Shown one piece after another: positions 50,026 through 62,980 of a stretch of DNA of 64,000 nt. This DNA is from Geosiphon pyriformis uo1 (lineage: Eukaryota; Fungi; Glomeromycota), in the NCBI GenBank assembly GCA_016748015.1, contig JAAOMT010000230.1, positions 62,001 to 126,000 of the forward strand, written 5' to 3'. The stretch's first letter is position 1. Every line of letters starts with the position of its first letter. The notes beneath the pieces are model-generated. The model worked only from the letters and a program-made list of their open reading frames with translations. It had not been told where the DNA came from and made no database searches. Position numbers and translations under genes: made by a program.

Positions 50026-53000
50026 TACCTTCCCTATTGTCACTATACCATTTCAACTCTTGTTTCTTGGAGAGATCTGGTAGTGCAATGTATTGTTCAT
50101 AGTTTACATCTAAGTTTGTATCTGAGTTGGAATCATTGTCGTTGTTATTGCCCTTTTGAACGGAGCTTGAACTGTTGTTGTCATTATCATTGTCAGAGTT
50201 TGAATCGTGATTGATCAGCAATTCTGATTCTGATGCGCAGCTGCTGATTGGTTCTTCCTCTTCCAGGATCGTGTAGATCATGCGTGGTGGTGGATTGTAA
50301 ATGAGGTCACACTCATCGCAATATTGGAAGTCACAGGGAATTAGGCAGTGTTAACATAGTCGAGTGTTCAACTGCTCTAACCATTGTTTTTGTTCTTCCC
50401 TTGTGGGTGCTAATTCTTGATAGTGTTTGTGAAATTGTTCTGGGTCCAAGAGGTTTATGATGGGTTCTGCATCTCAGTCAAGCTCTAAAGATTCTAGGAG
50501 GTTGTCTTTGATCGTTTTTATCTCTTCTGGCGTCACTCCTTCAATTTTTGCAAGTGCCATTCGCCAAATTTTGTCATCATCATGTGGGCAATTGTCCAGT
50601 CACTGTACTGCTCTTCTTCAGACTGCTTCTATTGGAGTTTTTTTCCTTACCCAGTCACTTATTAGAATCATGTATTGACATGATACGTTACATGTTCCTC
50701 CATGTCCAGGAATGTCATGCCACATTCTTTCATCCAAGAGAGTCTCTCCACAAGCTAAGCATGGCTGATTGTCCCATTTTCCTACTCATTTTGGTCTTCC
50801 AAAGTGTTCAAGAATGCATGGACAGCAATAGAACTTAGTTGCTGTTGAATATTCCTCATTGTCCCCACAGCATGTGCCCATTGACGACAATTTCTTGCCA
50901 CAATCAATGCAAATAAGCTTGGGTCAATGATAAGTAGATTGTTGTAGTGTAGTGTAAGTGTTATAAGCAGTGGTAGTTTGAGTGGTCTCTTTTTCTTTTC
51001 CCTTCCCCTTATTTTTATTGTCTTCTTTCCATTCCCAACTTGAAGTTGGTTTGCTCTCATCATGGTCGGTCCATGTCAGATCATCGGTTTCCCAGGTAAG
51101 TTCTTCCTTTTGTTTCCCTTTTTCCTAATAGTTGTCATCCCAGAAGAGTATTGGCGGCAGCTCATTGTGCTCTTCGTCAGCCCACGATACTTGGTAGGCT
51201 TCCCAGGTAGGCTTTTCTTTCTTCTTCTCCAGCTCAATCAATAGTTTCTCTCTTGGAGGAGTTTTGAAGTGGCCACATGTGGCTGGGACACGTATGTGTT
51301 GGCCCTAATATGTTAGCTGGAGTTCCTGAGTGTTCCAGTCTAACGTTGCATTGGCTTTGGATAGCCAGTTATTATCAACAAGAGCTTGGTATTAAGTGGC
51401 TTCCATTACTAAAACTTTAATGGGAGTCATGATGCCATTGACTTCAAAAGAGAAATTGTCAATTTCACTGATTGGAGTTTTGGTCACTCCATTGGCTGTG
51501 ATGATTTTGGCGCTGGCAGCTCAATCAACTCGGCGATCTAATTGATCCATGAGTTGTCTAGTGATTATGCTGCCAGCTGATTCACTATCTAGAATGAGTT
51601 TGATGAGGTGACCATCAACTCTGGCATCCGTGTACATGGCTGTTATAGGTTTCTTTTTGAGAGTGGCTCCACTGAATAATGGTATTGTTGTGTTTTCTTC
51701 AAGTTCAAAAGAAAAGATGGCTGCTAGGAATTCATTGCTAGAGATGGTTGCCGGTGGAATGGTGTTAGTAGGTACATGCTAATTGGATTTTGTGTTGTTG
51801 GAGGTGGTGTTTTCTGGGGTAACTAGGAGACTTAAATAATGTTGAGAATTTGGGTTTTGGACGCGACTGGTATCCAAATTCCAGGTGCATGATTCTGATA
51901 GTGAGTTTAGTGAACTGGAGATCAGTTGGTGAACAACCATCACCAATCTTCAGTTTTGAGTAACTCTGGATTGAGGGTTGCCTGATGTTATTTGAGCTGG
52001 GTTCTGGATTGGTGTTTGAATTGGTTGGGGTTGATAGATAATTTGTGGCTGCAGTTGATATATTACTTGTGGCTGCGGCTGATGAATCGGAGGTTGATAC
52101 ACTGACAGGTAATAGATTGGTTGCTGCATTATGGGCAGGTAATTATTTCAATATTGGTCTTGATTTTGATTTGGATAATAATTCAGAGTTTGGAACTGGT
52201 GATTGGGGTTTTGATATTGATTTCCTGATTGTTGGTTATTTAGACGCTGGTGACAGTTAATTTGGATATGTCCTTGTTTCCCACAATAGTGGCAGATACG
52301 CGTTTCCTGTTGCCACTGTTGATTGGTTGATGAAGATGGGCATGGTTGATTTTGGCCACAATTAGAGTTTCCTTGATTATTGCGTCATTGTGGAGGCTAA
52401 TAAATGATGTGATTGTCAACTAAGTATCCTTCCAATCTTTTATTAATTGATTCATTGAATTTCTCCAATTTGGAATCCAATTCAGATAATCCGTTCATGA
52501 CTAGATTAACAGCTTGGGCATGGTTAGCTTCTGACTTGGTGGATTCAAAATCTCTGGCGTGTGTAACTGCATCTTGAAGCATGCCAGGATGCAATGGACG
52601 TACATGTTGCAAGATGCTGCTGCACAGGCCATGGATAAACTGATTGAGTATCTGTGGTGCTGTGAAATAATTGGCGTCAATTGCTTGAATTTGGTGTAGG
52701 TTTCGATGGAAGCATCCCAGGTAAGTGGTGACTGCTTCAGTTTCTCCTTGTTTTATGGTGGTGAATGCATTAACTAGGTGATTGATGCTATTATTGTTGC
52801 TGAAATATCTCAGAAATTCCACTTTGAAGGCATTGAAATCTTGTGGTTTATTAATCAAGCTCTGGTACCATGAATTAGCAGTATTTTTGAGAAAGTAGGG
52901 AATGGTTTGCATTGCTTGTGCGTCATTCTATTCGTTGGCTGCGATGGCTTTTTTTATATTGTTCAGCCATATTTGAGCATCATCCTCTTCACCAGTAAAG

Positions 53001-54016
53001 TTGTTGAGTTTTGCGATTGGTGCGTAGGCCATTGGATCTAAGTTAGGTGGTTGTGGTGGCTGTTGAAGCAGTTGTTGTTGTTCTGGCTGTTGGGGTGGTA
53101 GCTGAAGTGACTGCTGTATGGGTTCGGCTAGGAAATTAATCGGCAGTTGATTGATGACAATTACTGGAGGTAAGTTTTGCTGATGAATTAATTCGGGTTT
53201 TTGATTTCTTTGATTTGGCAGTGTTCGAATATTCGGGGTTTCGATTTTCGGATTTTCTAACTGTTGTTAAGTTTAAAAGTTCGGTGTTTCAACTTCCAGG
53301 TTTTCAGTGATCAGGTGCTGGTAAGTGAATTTTTGATTCTCTGATTCTTCTTCCTCTTTTTTTGATTCCACTGCTTTCCACGGATCAGAGATTCCAAAAT
53401 CTGGTGGAGGCAGTGGTGATCAAAGTCCTGATGGGATTGATGATCGTAAATTAAATCCCTTAAAGTACTCACCGTATGGTCCTAACAATTCTGTTTTCCT
53501 TTGTCTACTTTGGAATGAGAATTGTCCAAATGCTGATGTCACAGTTGATGTGAACATGTCTGTTGATAATATGTTGATGGTGCTTCCAGGTATATAGTGG
53601 TAGGATGGGTTGCTTGGGGATTCAACTCTGTTTTTCTTCCAAGCAGGTGGCTGTATCTTTCTGGGTATTACTGCTGGTGTTTGTAATTTTCCCTTGCCTT
53701 TACTAGCATATGTAATTGGATATCTTTGTTGAGTGTGATGTTCAATTTCTTTGTTGATTTCAGTGATGATAGATGCAAAATTATGATTTGTTGGCAGGTT
53801 GGTATTTTGAATTAATTCCCTATAGAAAGTTTCTCTTGCTGATTCAGTATTCACTGGTGTTCCTAATAAAGAAAAAATCTTTTTGTTGATGTAGAAATTG
53901 AAGGCTGATTCGGCAGATATATGATTGTGGTTTAATCCCAAGTATTAACAATAGTGTTGAAATAAGAATTTTGCGAATCCTAAATGGTTTGCTCCTATAG
54001 TTTCTGATTCTGCCAC
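50026..54016 (-). pseudogene. Copy E gag, protease and Cys-rich domain
   Basis: QILNQFIHGL, CHYCGKQGH, ILDSES protease, CIDC, CLAC, CNVSC. Confidence 0.87.
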
Positions 54017-54935
54017 TTTTGGTTTGGTGTTGTTGGTGCTGGTTCTCTGTAGGATTATACCTCACAGGGAGCGCCAAATGTTACAGGTGATTATTTCTGT
54101 GGTTGAATTAAATAATGAACTCGTAACTTGGTGCTCAAAAGCTATTTCCATTGATAATGTTTTGTAAGTGTTGTATTTGAAGGTTTTGATGGGTCTGAAG
54201 ATTTTGGTTGAGTCCTTTGTATAATAAACAGAGATTTAATAGTGTCGATAATAGATGTATCTTTCCAAGAGTTTTCCCAATTTCTTTCTTAGCGTGGTGG
54301 TCAGATTTAGTCTGGCAGTCATGCCCTTCTGGTAAGCTATCCGATAATATATAAAATTCTACCCTTATTTCTGGGTTTTTTACCAGGCTATCCTTGATGT
54401 CAATAACTCAGCGCTTAATCCTTTTAATCAGTTAGTATACAACAACAAATCAAAATAAAATAAAAAAAATAAAAATAAAAAAAATAAAAAAAGAAAGAAA
54501 TAAGCCAAGGCGATTTTGCAGATTAGTATCTCATCAATAGCTGTGATCAAGAGCTATTGTTCCAGCGTGGTTAAGTATCAATTACTATTAACATGAAGTG
54601 TTGATAGTGGAGAGTGAGTTGAGATATGGAATAATTATTTATTTGATGATTGTGTTTTCTAGACTAAGGATTCTGTGGTATTGATTCTGTCTTTTCTGTT
54701 TCTAATACTACTGCTATATATACATAATTGAGATTTCTCAATTCCTCGATTCTTCACAACAGGAATCCTGGAATTCCTGGAATTTTGCAATTCCTTTAAG
54801 AGGAATCCTGGAATTCTGCAATTCCTCGTCGGGAATCTTGAAATTCCTAGAATCCTGGAATTCCACATTTACTATGCTTACTTCTGATTGGCTAATAATT
54901 ATGTTAATATATTTCCTATATTTCTATGAGTAACA

Positions 54936-56018
54936 GTGAATTTGTCTGAGAAGTTTGTTGAATTTTTTAATATAAGTCATAACAGATTTGGAAGATTCTT
55001 GTTTGATATTGTGAAACCAATTTCGAAGGATGATGGAGGTATTATTGTCAGTAAACTGTTCAAGGAAGGCTGCTTTGAAAGCGTCTCAATCATTGAATGG
55101 AGCGGCTAAGTTTTCAAACCATTCTTCTGCTGTTTTTTTGAGAAAGTAGGAAATTGTTCTTAACATTCTGGCAGCATTCCATCTATTTGTATCTCCAGCT
55201 TTAGTAACTTGGTCAAGCCATTCTTGGGGACTGGTTTCAATGTCTTTTCCATTAAATTCAGGGATTTTTGCAATGTATACTGTCATTTTGTTTTCTTTGT
55301 TTTCACTGTTTATTGATTCTTCTTCAGTTATTTCAGAGTGGTTTTCTTCGTTTGCTGCTGTCTCAGAGTGTTCACTTTGATTTTCAGCTAGAAAATCAAG
55401 AAGATTGGAACTAGTTTGAAGGGGTTCTTGCTGTTTGGTGGGACTTCTGAGTAATGTAAAATCTTCTGGTCTTGCAAATCAATTCAAGGGTGAATTAAGT
55501 GTTTGTGCTTGTGCAAGTGAAGCTAGAAAAGGTGTAATAGTGAGTGAAAGTTTTGAACTGGTTCTTTGTTCAGGTGTTTGTAAGTGTTTGGCAGTTGTTT
55601 TTGGTAGGATTGGAGTATTTGGGGTGGTTTTTGAGTATTGCTTCAATTTGGTTTTGCTTTTGTTGCTTGTTTCTGTCTCCGATTTAAAATCAATAGAGTA
55701 TTGAGACTGTACTGGATAGGTTTCTTTACAGTACTTAATAATGTTAAAATTAAGTTCTTGAAAGTAAGTGGCAAGTGTTTCACTGTTAAGGTCTTCAGTT
55801 CTCAACTGTGAATAGTGTGCTAAATTATTGTAAAGGTTGCTTCTAACTTCTGAGATATTGTAATTTCTGAAAAGATAATTGTTGATGCGATTTTCAATGT
55901 ATTGGTATACTGATTTCTTGACAACTTCAATTCCGTTTGGAATGTTGAATCTTTGCTTGCAGTAGGTGTAAATTGATTGGTAATACTCTAGAGTTGTTGC
56001 ATCTGGTGTGGTCGCCAC
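54936..56018 (-). pseudogene. Copy C gag N-terminal half
   Basis: ORFs 55479-56018 and 55086-55286 (AKIPEFNG..PQEWLDQV..W..FLK..EWF). Confidence 0.85.
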
Positions 56019-57040
56019 TTTGAATTTGTTGTTGCTGTATTATTTCCATGGAAGAGCACCAAATATTACCTGAGGTTTTTGGGGTCTCTTTTCTTGAATG
56101 TTGTTGATGCCTATTTGCTGTGAATTCACGTTTTTTGGATGTGATTGAACCTCCAGTAACTGAATTTATCTTCAAATTATCTCCTATAATTTGAACTGCT
56201 GGGCTTATAAGTGGAATGGCCAATTTTGTGCCAGTTACTTTATGTAGTTACATTGTAGTAAATGTCAACTCTTTCCCAGGAATTGCTCATCTGGAAGCTC
56301 ACTAAAAATGTGTAGTTACTTTGCTGTGAAAGTCAACTCTTCTACAGGAATCCCGTCTGTAGGTTACCCTAATAATTATAATAAGAAAAATAAAAGAAAA
56401 GTAAAAAAATGTAAAAGAAATAGAATTCTGTCAAGGGAAACGTTTTCTATCCAGGCCTGGAGTTACTAACAGTTTACTGAAATTGGTAGCTAATCAATTT
56501 CAAACTGTTTAGTAGGAATTTGGTTAATTTCAAAAGGAAAATAATTAAGAATTTGATTTTTCGAATTATTTGATATTTATTTCGTTTTTGTGTGTAAAAG
56601 ATGATTCTAGTTGTTAAATCTGAAGTAAGATATATTTTCTCGAAGAGGGAAGCTCTTCTTTTATACAACTTGTTATAACACTATTCTATGAACTTGAACT
56701 TTGCTATTTTCTATAATTTTGCTGAACTAAAGTTATATTTCGGTGAACTACAAGTTATTTCTGTGAACTATTAGATATTTTGGTGAACTATCAATTATTT
56801 CGGTGAATTCCTACAAATTTTGGCGAACTTTTTGAATGTTATATAGTTCAGGGTATTGCATGATTGATCATCGCAATTAGGTTACATTTGTGTTATGTAC
56901 AAATTGGGTTATTAATTAAATGATAATTTTGGATATTTTGCTAATGTAATAAGTGATAATTTGAAATGCTAATTAATAATAAGAATTATAAAGATAATTT
57001 CATGCTAAGCAATATCTCTAATTTTGTCTGATAACAATGA

Positions 57041-57981
57041 TGTTACAGATGATTATTTGGGGTTTCAAAGCAAATAACAAACCTGTAACTTGGTGCTTAA
57101 TTAATATAATGATAATATTGGTTTCTGAAAGTTAACTGTATCTAAAGGTTTGGGTTGAGTTTTTTGTATAATGGACAGAGATTCAGTTGTGGTTTTAGTA
57201 GCTTTCTGAAATCACAATTCTGTCTAATTTCTTTTTCAGCTTAGTGGCTGGTTTTATTCTGGCAGTCATACTCTTTTGGTAAGCTATCCATTAATTTATA
57301 AATTTTATACTCTTATTTCAGGGTCTTTTATCAGGCTATCTTTGACATCAATTACTCAGTGCTTAATCTCTTTAATCAGTAGTAAATAAACAAACAAAAT
57401 AAAATAAAATAAAATAAATGAAAAATGAAAAAAAATAAGAAATTAGTATTTCATTAATAGCTGTAATCAAGAGCTATTGTTCTAATATGGTTAAGTGTTA
57501 GATTTTATCAACATAAAGTGTTGATAAATGGAAGAGTAATTATATTTTCAAACAAATGACAATAACATGGATTTGAAGAATTGAAGAGATCTTTTATTTA
57601 TATAATTTTATTTTGGTTGATAGCAACTATTCTTAAAATGAGGATTAATAAATAGAAAAGAAAGGAGATTGTTCTAAATTAATAAAACTCTATTAAATTC
57701 TCCTGGAATTATTTTTTCTGCTTTTAACACTCTTGCTATATATATATAATTTATATTATACAAAATTCTGCATATTCATAAGCAATGTGCCATGATTTCT
57801 TAAGCAATATGCCTGTAATTTCTGACAATATGCTTATTGCTGAGCAATATGTCATAATTTTCTGACAATGCTTTATATTGCTGAGCAATGTGCTCATGTG
57901 TTAAATACTATTCTCTTATTGGTCTATTTTTCTTATTTGTTTTTCCTACTATTTTCTTGTATTCTTTTTCTATAAGTAACA
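57041..57981 (-). mobile_element. Solo LTR, family-A-related, with a different U3 repeat module
   Basis: TGTTACAGAT...AGTAACA; R/U5 part homologous to family A; flanked by ATGA/ATAG. Confidence 0.85.
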
Positions 57982-58839
57982 ATAGAAAGAAAACATATTA
58001 TTAATCTGATTAGAAATAAAGATTTTACTGTAAATTGGATAAAAGTTAAGAATTATTTGGAAATTTCTGACAATATAAAAACTAATGTAATTGTAGGTAA
58101 AACTGCTTATTTTATTTTTTTTTTATTAAGAGTGCAAAAATATTTCTTGGTAGCTGAAAACACAGCTGTATTTGATAATACTTGTCATTTTGTTTAAGAT
58201 TTATTTAAGTCTATTTGTTATATTTAATGAAAAGCTGACTTTGGTTGTGTGGTTTCTGTTAAAATAAATTTATAGTATTATTTTAATTAGTCCAAATGAC
58301 TAGTTATATGTCGAAAGTACATAATTTGCATCTAATTTAAATTAATTAATTTAATATATTGTGTTAGATAACATTTATGCCTCATTTGTAAAATAAAAAA
58401 ATAAAAAAATAATTTATAATTGCAAAACATATAAACAAAAAACAATTATAATAAAATTAATTAATTTTATATACAAAAAATTTATATATTATAATTTATA
58501 AAAATATTTAAAATAATTTATATAATAATAAATATTTTTTATTTTAGTATCTAATATTATTATTTAAAATTTGTATTTTAAGTTTTTTTGAATACTATTA
58601 TTAAAATTAAAATTTTTTAATTTTTTGGTTATTTTTAAGATTGTAAATTTGTTTATAATATTTAAATTTGTTTTTATTTAATTTTTTAAATCTGTTTTTG
58701 CTTTTATAATATATTTAAGACTAAATTAATTGATTTTTTTAATAATAATGTTTTTAAATTAATAAAAAACTCTTTGTTTCCTTAATTTTATAATTATAAT
58801 TAGAGCAAAAAGTAAAATAGTTATAATTGGTATCTTTTT

Positions 58840-61690
58840 TTTGGTATCTTACAAAGTTTCAATCAAAATAGTTTTTTTTGTTGTAAAAGCAGCTAAACAG
58901 AATATTATAAAAGTTTTTTCCTTATTTAATAATTGTAAAAAGCTGTTTTTAATAACCACTAAAGCATCTTTTTTATTTTTAATTGATTTTTTATTAGTCA
59001 AAATTTTCTTAAAAAGACATATTTAAATTAATTTTAATGTTGTCTTCATTTTATCTAAAAGCCCAAAAGTTTTTAATAACAAACCAGTTAACAAGTTGGT
59101 CTTCTCTTTTATAGTTTTTATATCAGGTGTTGTTAGTATTTTTTCTTTAAAAAAAATAGTTAAAAAGATTAAAAATTCAAAAAAAAGCAGTCACTTGTTT
59201 TTGTTATTATTATATCAAACTTTTTTGTGGTTTCTAATAAGATCTTTATTGTATTATTTGACATATTATTCAAGATAAGCTAAGATCAACCATTGGCTAT
59301 GTTGCCAAATATGGTATTCTCCAGTAAATTATCATCAGTTTTAGAAACAAAACAACAGTCTTCTGTTAGATTACCTATTTATAAAAACTGGGCTAATTAG
59401 ATAGAAACAGACTTAATATTTTCTCTGATTTCTGGTTCTGTTATTGGTAATATCTAGAAAACTATTCCTAGTCATCAAAAATTTACTAGATAAATAGTTT
59501 CTACTCTAATAGCTAGTGCTATTTTTAAAATTAAATTGGCTTATATTAAGATTGTTGTTTAGTTTGTACATAGTTTTTTAAGTGCAAAATTGGTATTAAA
59601 AGACAATATAAAGCTTTTTTGTATGAAGTTTGCTTTTTAAAAAATTTTAAAAACTGCTTTTTTGGTTAAGCTTATGAATTTTATTTGTTTAGTCACTTTT
59701 AAAATTGCCAAGTCTTTAGTAATTTCTGAGTTTGGTTTTTTTTGCTGCTGTTGTATTATATTGTTACTCATAAAATATAGGAAATATATTAGCATATAAA
59801 TTAGCCAATCAGAAGTAGCTGTAATAAATGTGGAATTCCAAGATTCTTTTCAGAGGAATTGCAAGATTTCAGAAATTTCAGAATTCCTGGTGTAAAGAAT
59901 TAAAGAATTGAGAAATCTCAATTATGTATATATAATGGTAACATTAGAAGAAAAAAAGACAGACCTCTCAGTTTAGATTTAATCTAAGCAATCTTCTACA
60001 TCACGAATATTAATAAATAATTATTCACTATCTCAATCTACTCTTCATTATTAACACTTTATGTTAATAGTAAATGATGCTTAACTATACTAAAACAATA
60101 GCTCTTAATCATGACTATTGACAAAATACTAATTTGCAATCATCTTGACTTATTTTCTTTTATTTTTTCTTTATTTTTTTTATTTTATTTTCTTTTGTTA
60201 TTATGTACTAATTGATTAAAAAAATTAAAACACTGAGTTATTGACGTTATGAATAGTTTGGTAAAAGACCCAAAAATAAGGGTAAAAGTATATATATATT
60301 ACCAGATAGCTTATTAGAAGGGCACAACTGCCAAATTAATCCAGCCACCATACTAAAGACAAAAATTGGAAAAAATGACTTGAGAAATCAACCAACACCA
60401 ACCATAGTAAATCTCTGTTCATTATACAAAGAACTCAATTCAAACCTTCAGATACAAACAACCTTCAGAAATCAACATCAATATAGTAATTGAGCACTAA
60501 GTTATGGATTTGTTATTTACTTTGAGACTCCAAATAATTACCTGTAACAACATAATATGCCTTTGAGTGTGTTTGCTGCTAATATTAAGACAGTTTTTAG
60601 TGTATTTGGTAAAATTGGTCATGTGATATTGAAATTTGCTGGTATTTGGCAATATATGATTGTTTATTTTGAGAAACTGGACTTTGCTGTATCTATTTTG
60701 AATTATTGGTTAAGTTTAGTGAATAAAAATAGTATTAGGACTTTTTTTTTGATAAATTAAAATAAAACTATTATATCTTATGATAGGTTTAAAGCCAAGT
60801 TAGTTAATTTTTTCTTTGGTTGTATTGCTTTTAAAATCAGTAATATGATTTTTTAAGTTAGTGGTTAAACATGTTTCATTCTTTGTTCTTCTGATTCTGG
60901 TTATTGTTTCTGGTTTGCTTTGATTATGTTTAAATCTCAAGTGAATTTAAATGTTGTTGTAATTAAAACTGGTATATTAAGAAAATACTGTATCTAATAG
61001 AAAACTTTTGACTGTTAATATTGTTTTAGATATTAGAAAGTAGGCTATAGGACTGTAGATTATAAAGTGTTTTTATTTTCTCCTTTCAAGACTTTTAGAG
61101 TATTTATACCTTATTTTGTAAGCTTTAAGTTTTATGTCAAAGCTTTTGTTCCTTTAAGTTCTTTTAAGTTTTTATCTTTAACAATTCTTATTCTTTCTTT
61201 TGTTATTGTTAATGACTCTTTGATGTTGTTTTGGTTGTCTTCTTTAGAATTTGATTTAACCAAACTTTTTACATTGGTTAGGTCAATTGTTAAGCTTGTT
61301 GGCTTCTTAATTATTATATTTAAACAGTTTATTAATAGTAATTTGGTTTTAAGTAGTGTTTTTAGTCTTAAAATTAATAAACTTATGATTTATCTAGGTT
61401 CTTTTAGCAAAATTATTGGTAAGTTGGAAAAAAAAGTGGTTTTACTAAAAAAAAGAGTGTTGTATAAATAATATTAATATGTCTAATAATTTAAATTTTT
61501 AGTTGATATTAATAATAATATATTTTTTAATTTAATGTTTTTTTAAACACATAAGCTTAATAATATTAAAACTGATCTTTTAAAAACAGCTGAATGGCTG
61601 GTTAAATTAATTCTTTATAGTGTTAAATTATTTGATATAGTTCAAAAAATATTGGCTTTAGATAAATTTACTTTTATTATAGTAATATAG
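58840..61690 (+). mobile_element. Decayed LINE-like ORF1 (RRM-type) remnant with solo LTR insertion
   Basis: MPLSVFAANIKTVFSVFGKIGHV..GIWQYMIVYFEK resembles the RRM segment at 23745-23870; heavy C>T/G>A decay. Confidence 0.55.
59762..60549 (+). mobile_element. Solo LTR, family A
   Basis: TGTTACTCATA...CTGTAACA; TSD ATAT/ACAT. Confidence 0.92.
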
Positions 61691-62821
61691 CATAGTTTAA
61701 ACTAACTCAAATAGCTAGTTACATGTAGAAAGTATGTAAACTATACTTAATATAGAATACTTAGTTTGTTTTAAAGTACTAAGTAGTAGTTAGATCATAA
61801 TTGTTAAACTTAATAAAAAAAATCAATAATATAATTGTATAAATACATGATTAAACTTAATTTGTTTCTTATTTTTTAACTTTAATTATTATTAAAAATA
61901 TATTGTTGTTATTTTTAAAATTAAAAATGGTTTTAATATTATTGTATTTAAAATTAATATTTTAAAAAAGTTATATTTAATAAAAAATACTTAAATATAA
62001 ATATTATTATATGTAATAAAGTTTAAATTATTTGATTTTAAATATAAAACAAGTTTTTCTGGTTCGTTAAAATTTTTTATCAATTTTTTATTTTTTAATA
62101 CTTAATTTATTAATTTAATATTATATGTCAAAGTTACTGCTTTTTAGTTTTTATTTTATAGTGTTTTTTAATATTCTTATTAAATTAAAATTTATTTTTT
62201 TAGAATTATAATTGTATAAGTTATTATAGTTAATTAAATTTGTTGTATAGCTTATTAATTTTTAATTAAACTAGTTTTTTTTTATTGTCTATAAAAAAAT
62301 TTAGTTTATTAATAAAATAATTAAGTTTATTAATAAAATAATTAAATATTTTTTTTAAAAAAACAAATTAATAATATATTTAATTAGTTGTTAATATGTT
62401 TAAAAACTTTGTTAATTTTAAAAAAAAATTAGAAAAAAATTTGGTACTAAATTTTTAAATAATAAAAATATGAATAATAAAACAAGTTTTTTATAAGTAA
62501 AAACATTTTTGATTAATTAATAATTTTGTAATATCTTTAAGGTTTCAAAATTAAGAAAAGCGAAAAAGCATTTAAATTGTGATTAAATAAATTAATTAAG
62601 AATATTAATTATTTAAATTGTTGTATCAATAAGATAAAAGCACAGAATTTGTTTTTATTGTTTGATTTTAAAAAAAAAATGATTGGCTTAAGTGATTAAT
62701 TACACATTATTTGTAGTACAAATTATGTTTAATGTATAATACTTAAGTTGTATAATATAATGCCTATTGAATTATTTAATTTTAAGCAAAAAAAAAAGGT
62801 GTATAATTAATATATATGTAA

Positions 62822-62980
<159 letters not shown>

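Larger units (their letters stand above)
44768..54935 (-). mobile_element. Ty3/Gypsy LTR retrotransposon copy E (family A, full length, dUTPase-bearing)
   Basis: LTRs 44768-45653 and 54079-54935; TSD GCAA/GTGA (both derivable from GCGA); PBS 54060-54076; PPT AAAAAGGAGGGAA 45657-45669. The flanks rejoin to LRQIRQLET in gag of C. Confidence 0.94.
37003..57036 (-). mobile_element. Ty3/Gypsy LTR retrotransposon copy C (dUTPase-bearing), with copy E nested in its gag
   Basis: LTRs 37003-37975 (3') and 56064-57036 (5'), both 973 bp; TSD ATGG/ATGA; PBS TGGTGCTCTTCCATGG 56046-56061; PPT GAGGAGGAGG 37979-37988. Confidence 0.93.
23000..58230 (+). mobile_element. Decayed non-LTR retrotransposon (LINE: RRM-type ORF1, APE endonuclease, RT, RNase H), split by four direct LTR insertions
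   Basis: ORF1 about 23000-24843; APE-like CNIR/ISFITETKL at 24870-24975; RT LPNDKAAG (27250), LIALIE, FVDN (about 27980); RNase H IYTDGSLKN (29080), DSQ (29275), continuing at 36964-37002 and 57982-58090 (ERKHIINL..WIKVK). LINE pieces: 23000-25889, 26751-29314, 36960-37002, 57982-58230. Confidence 0.8.
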
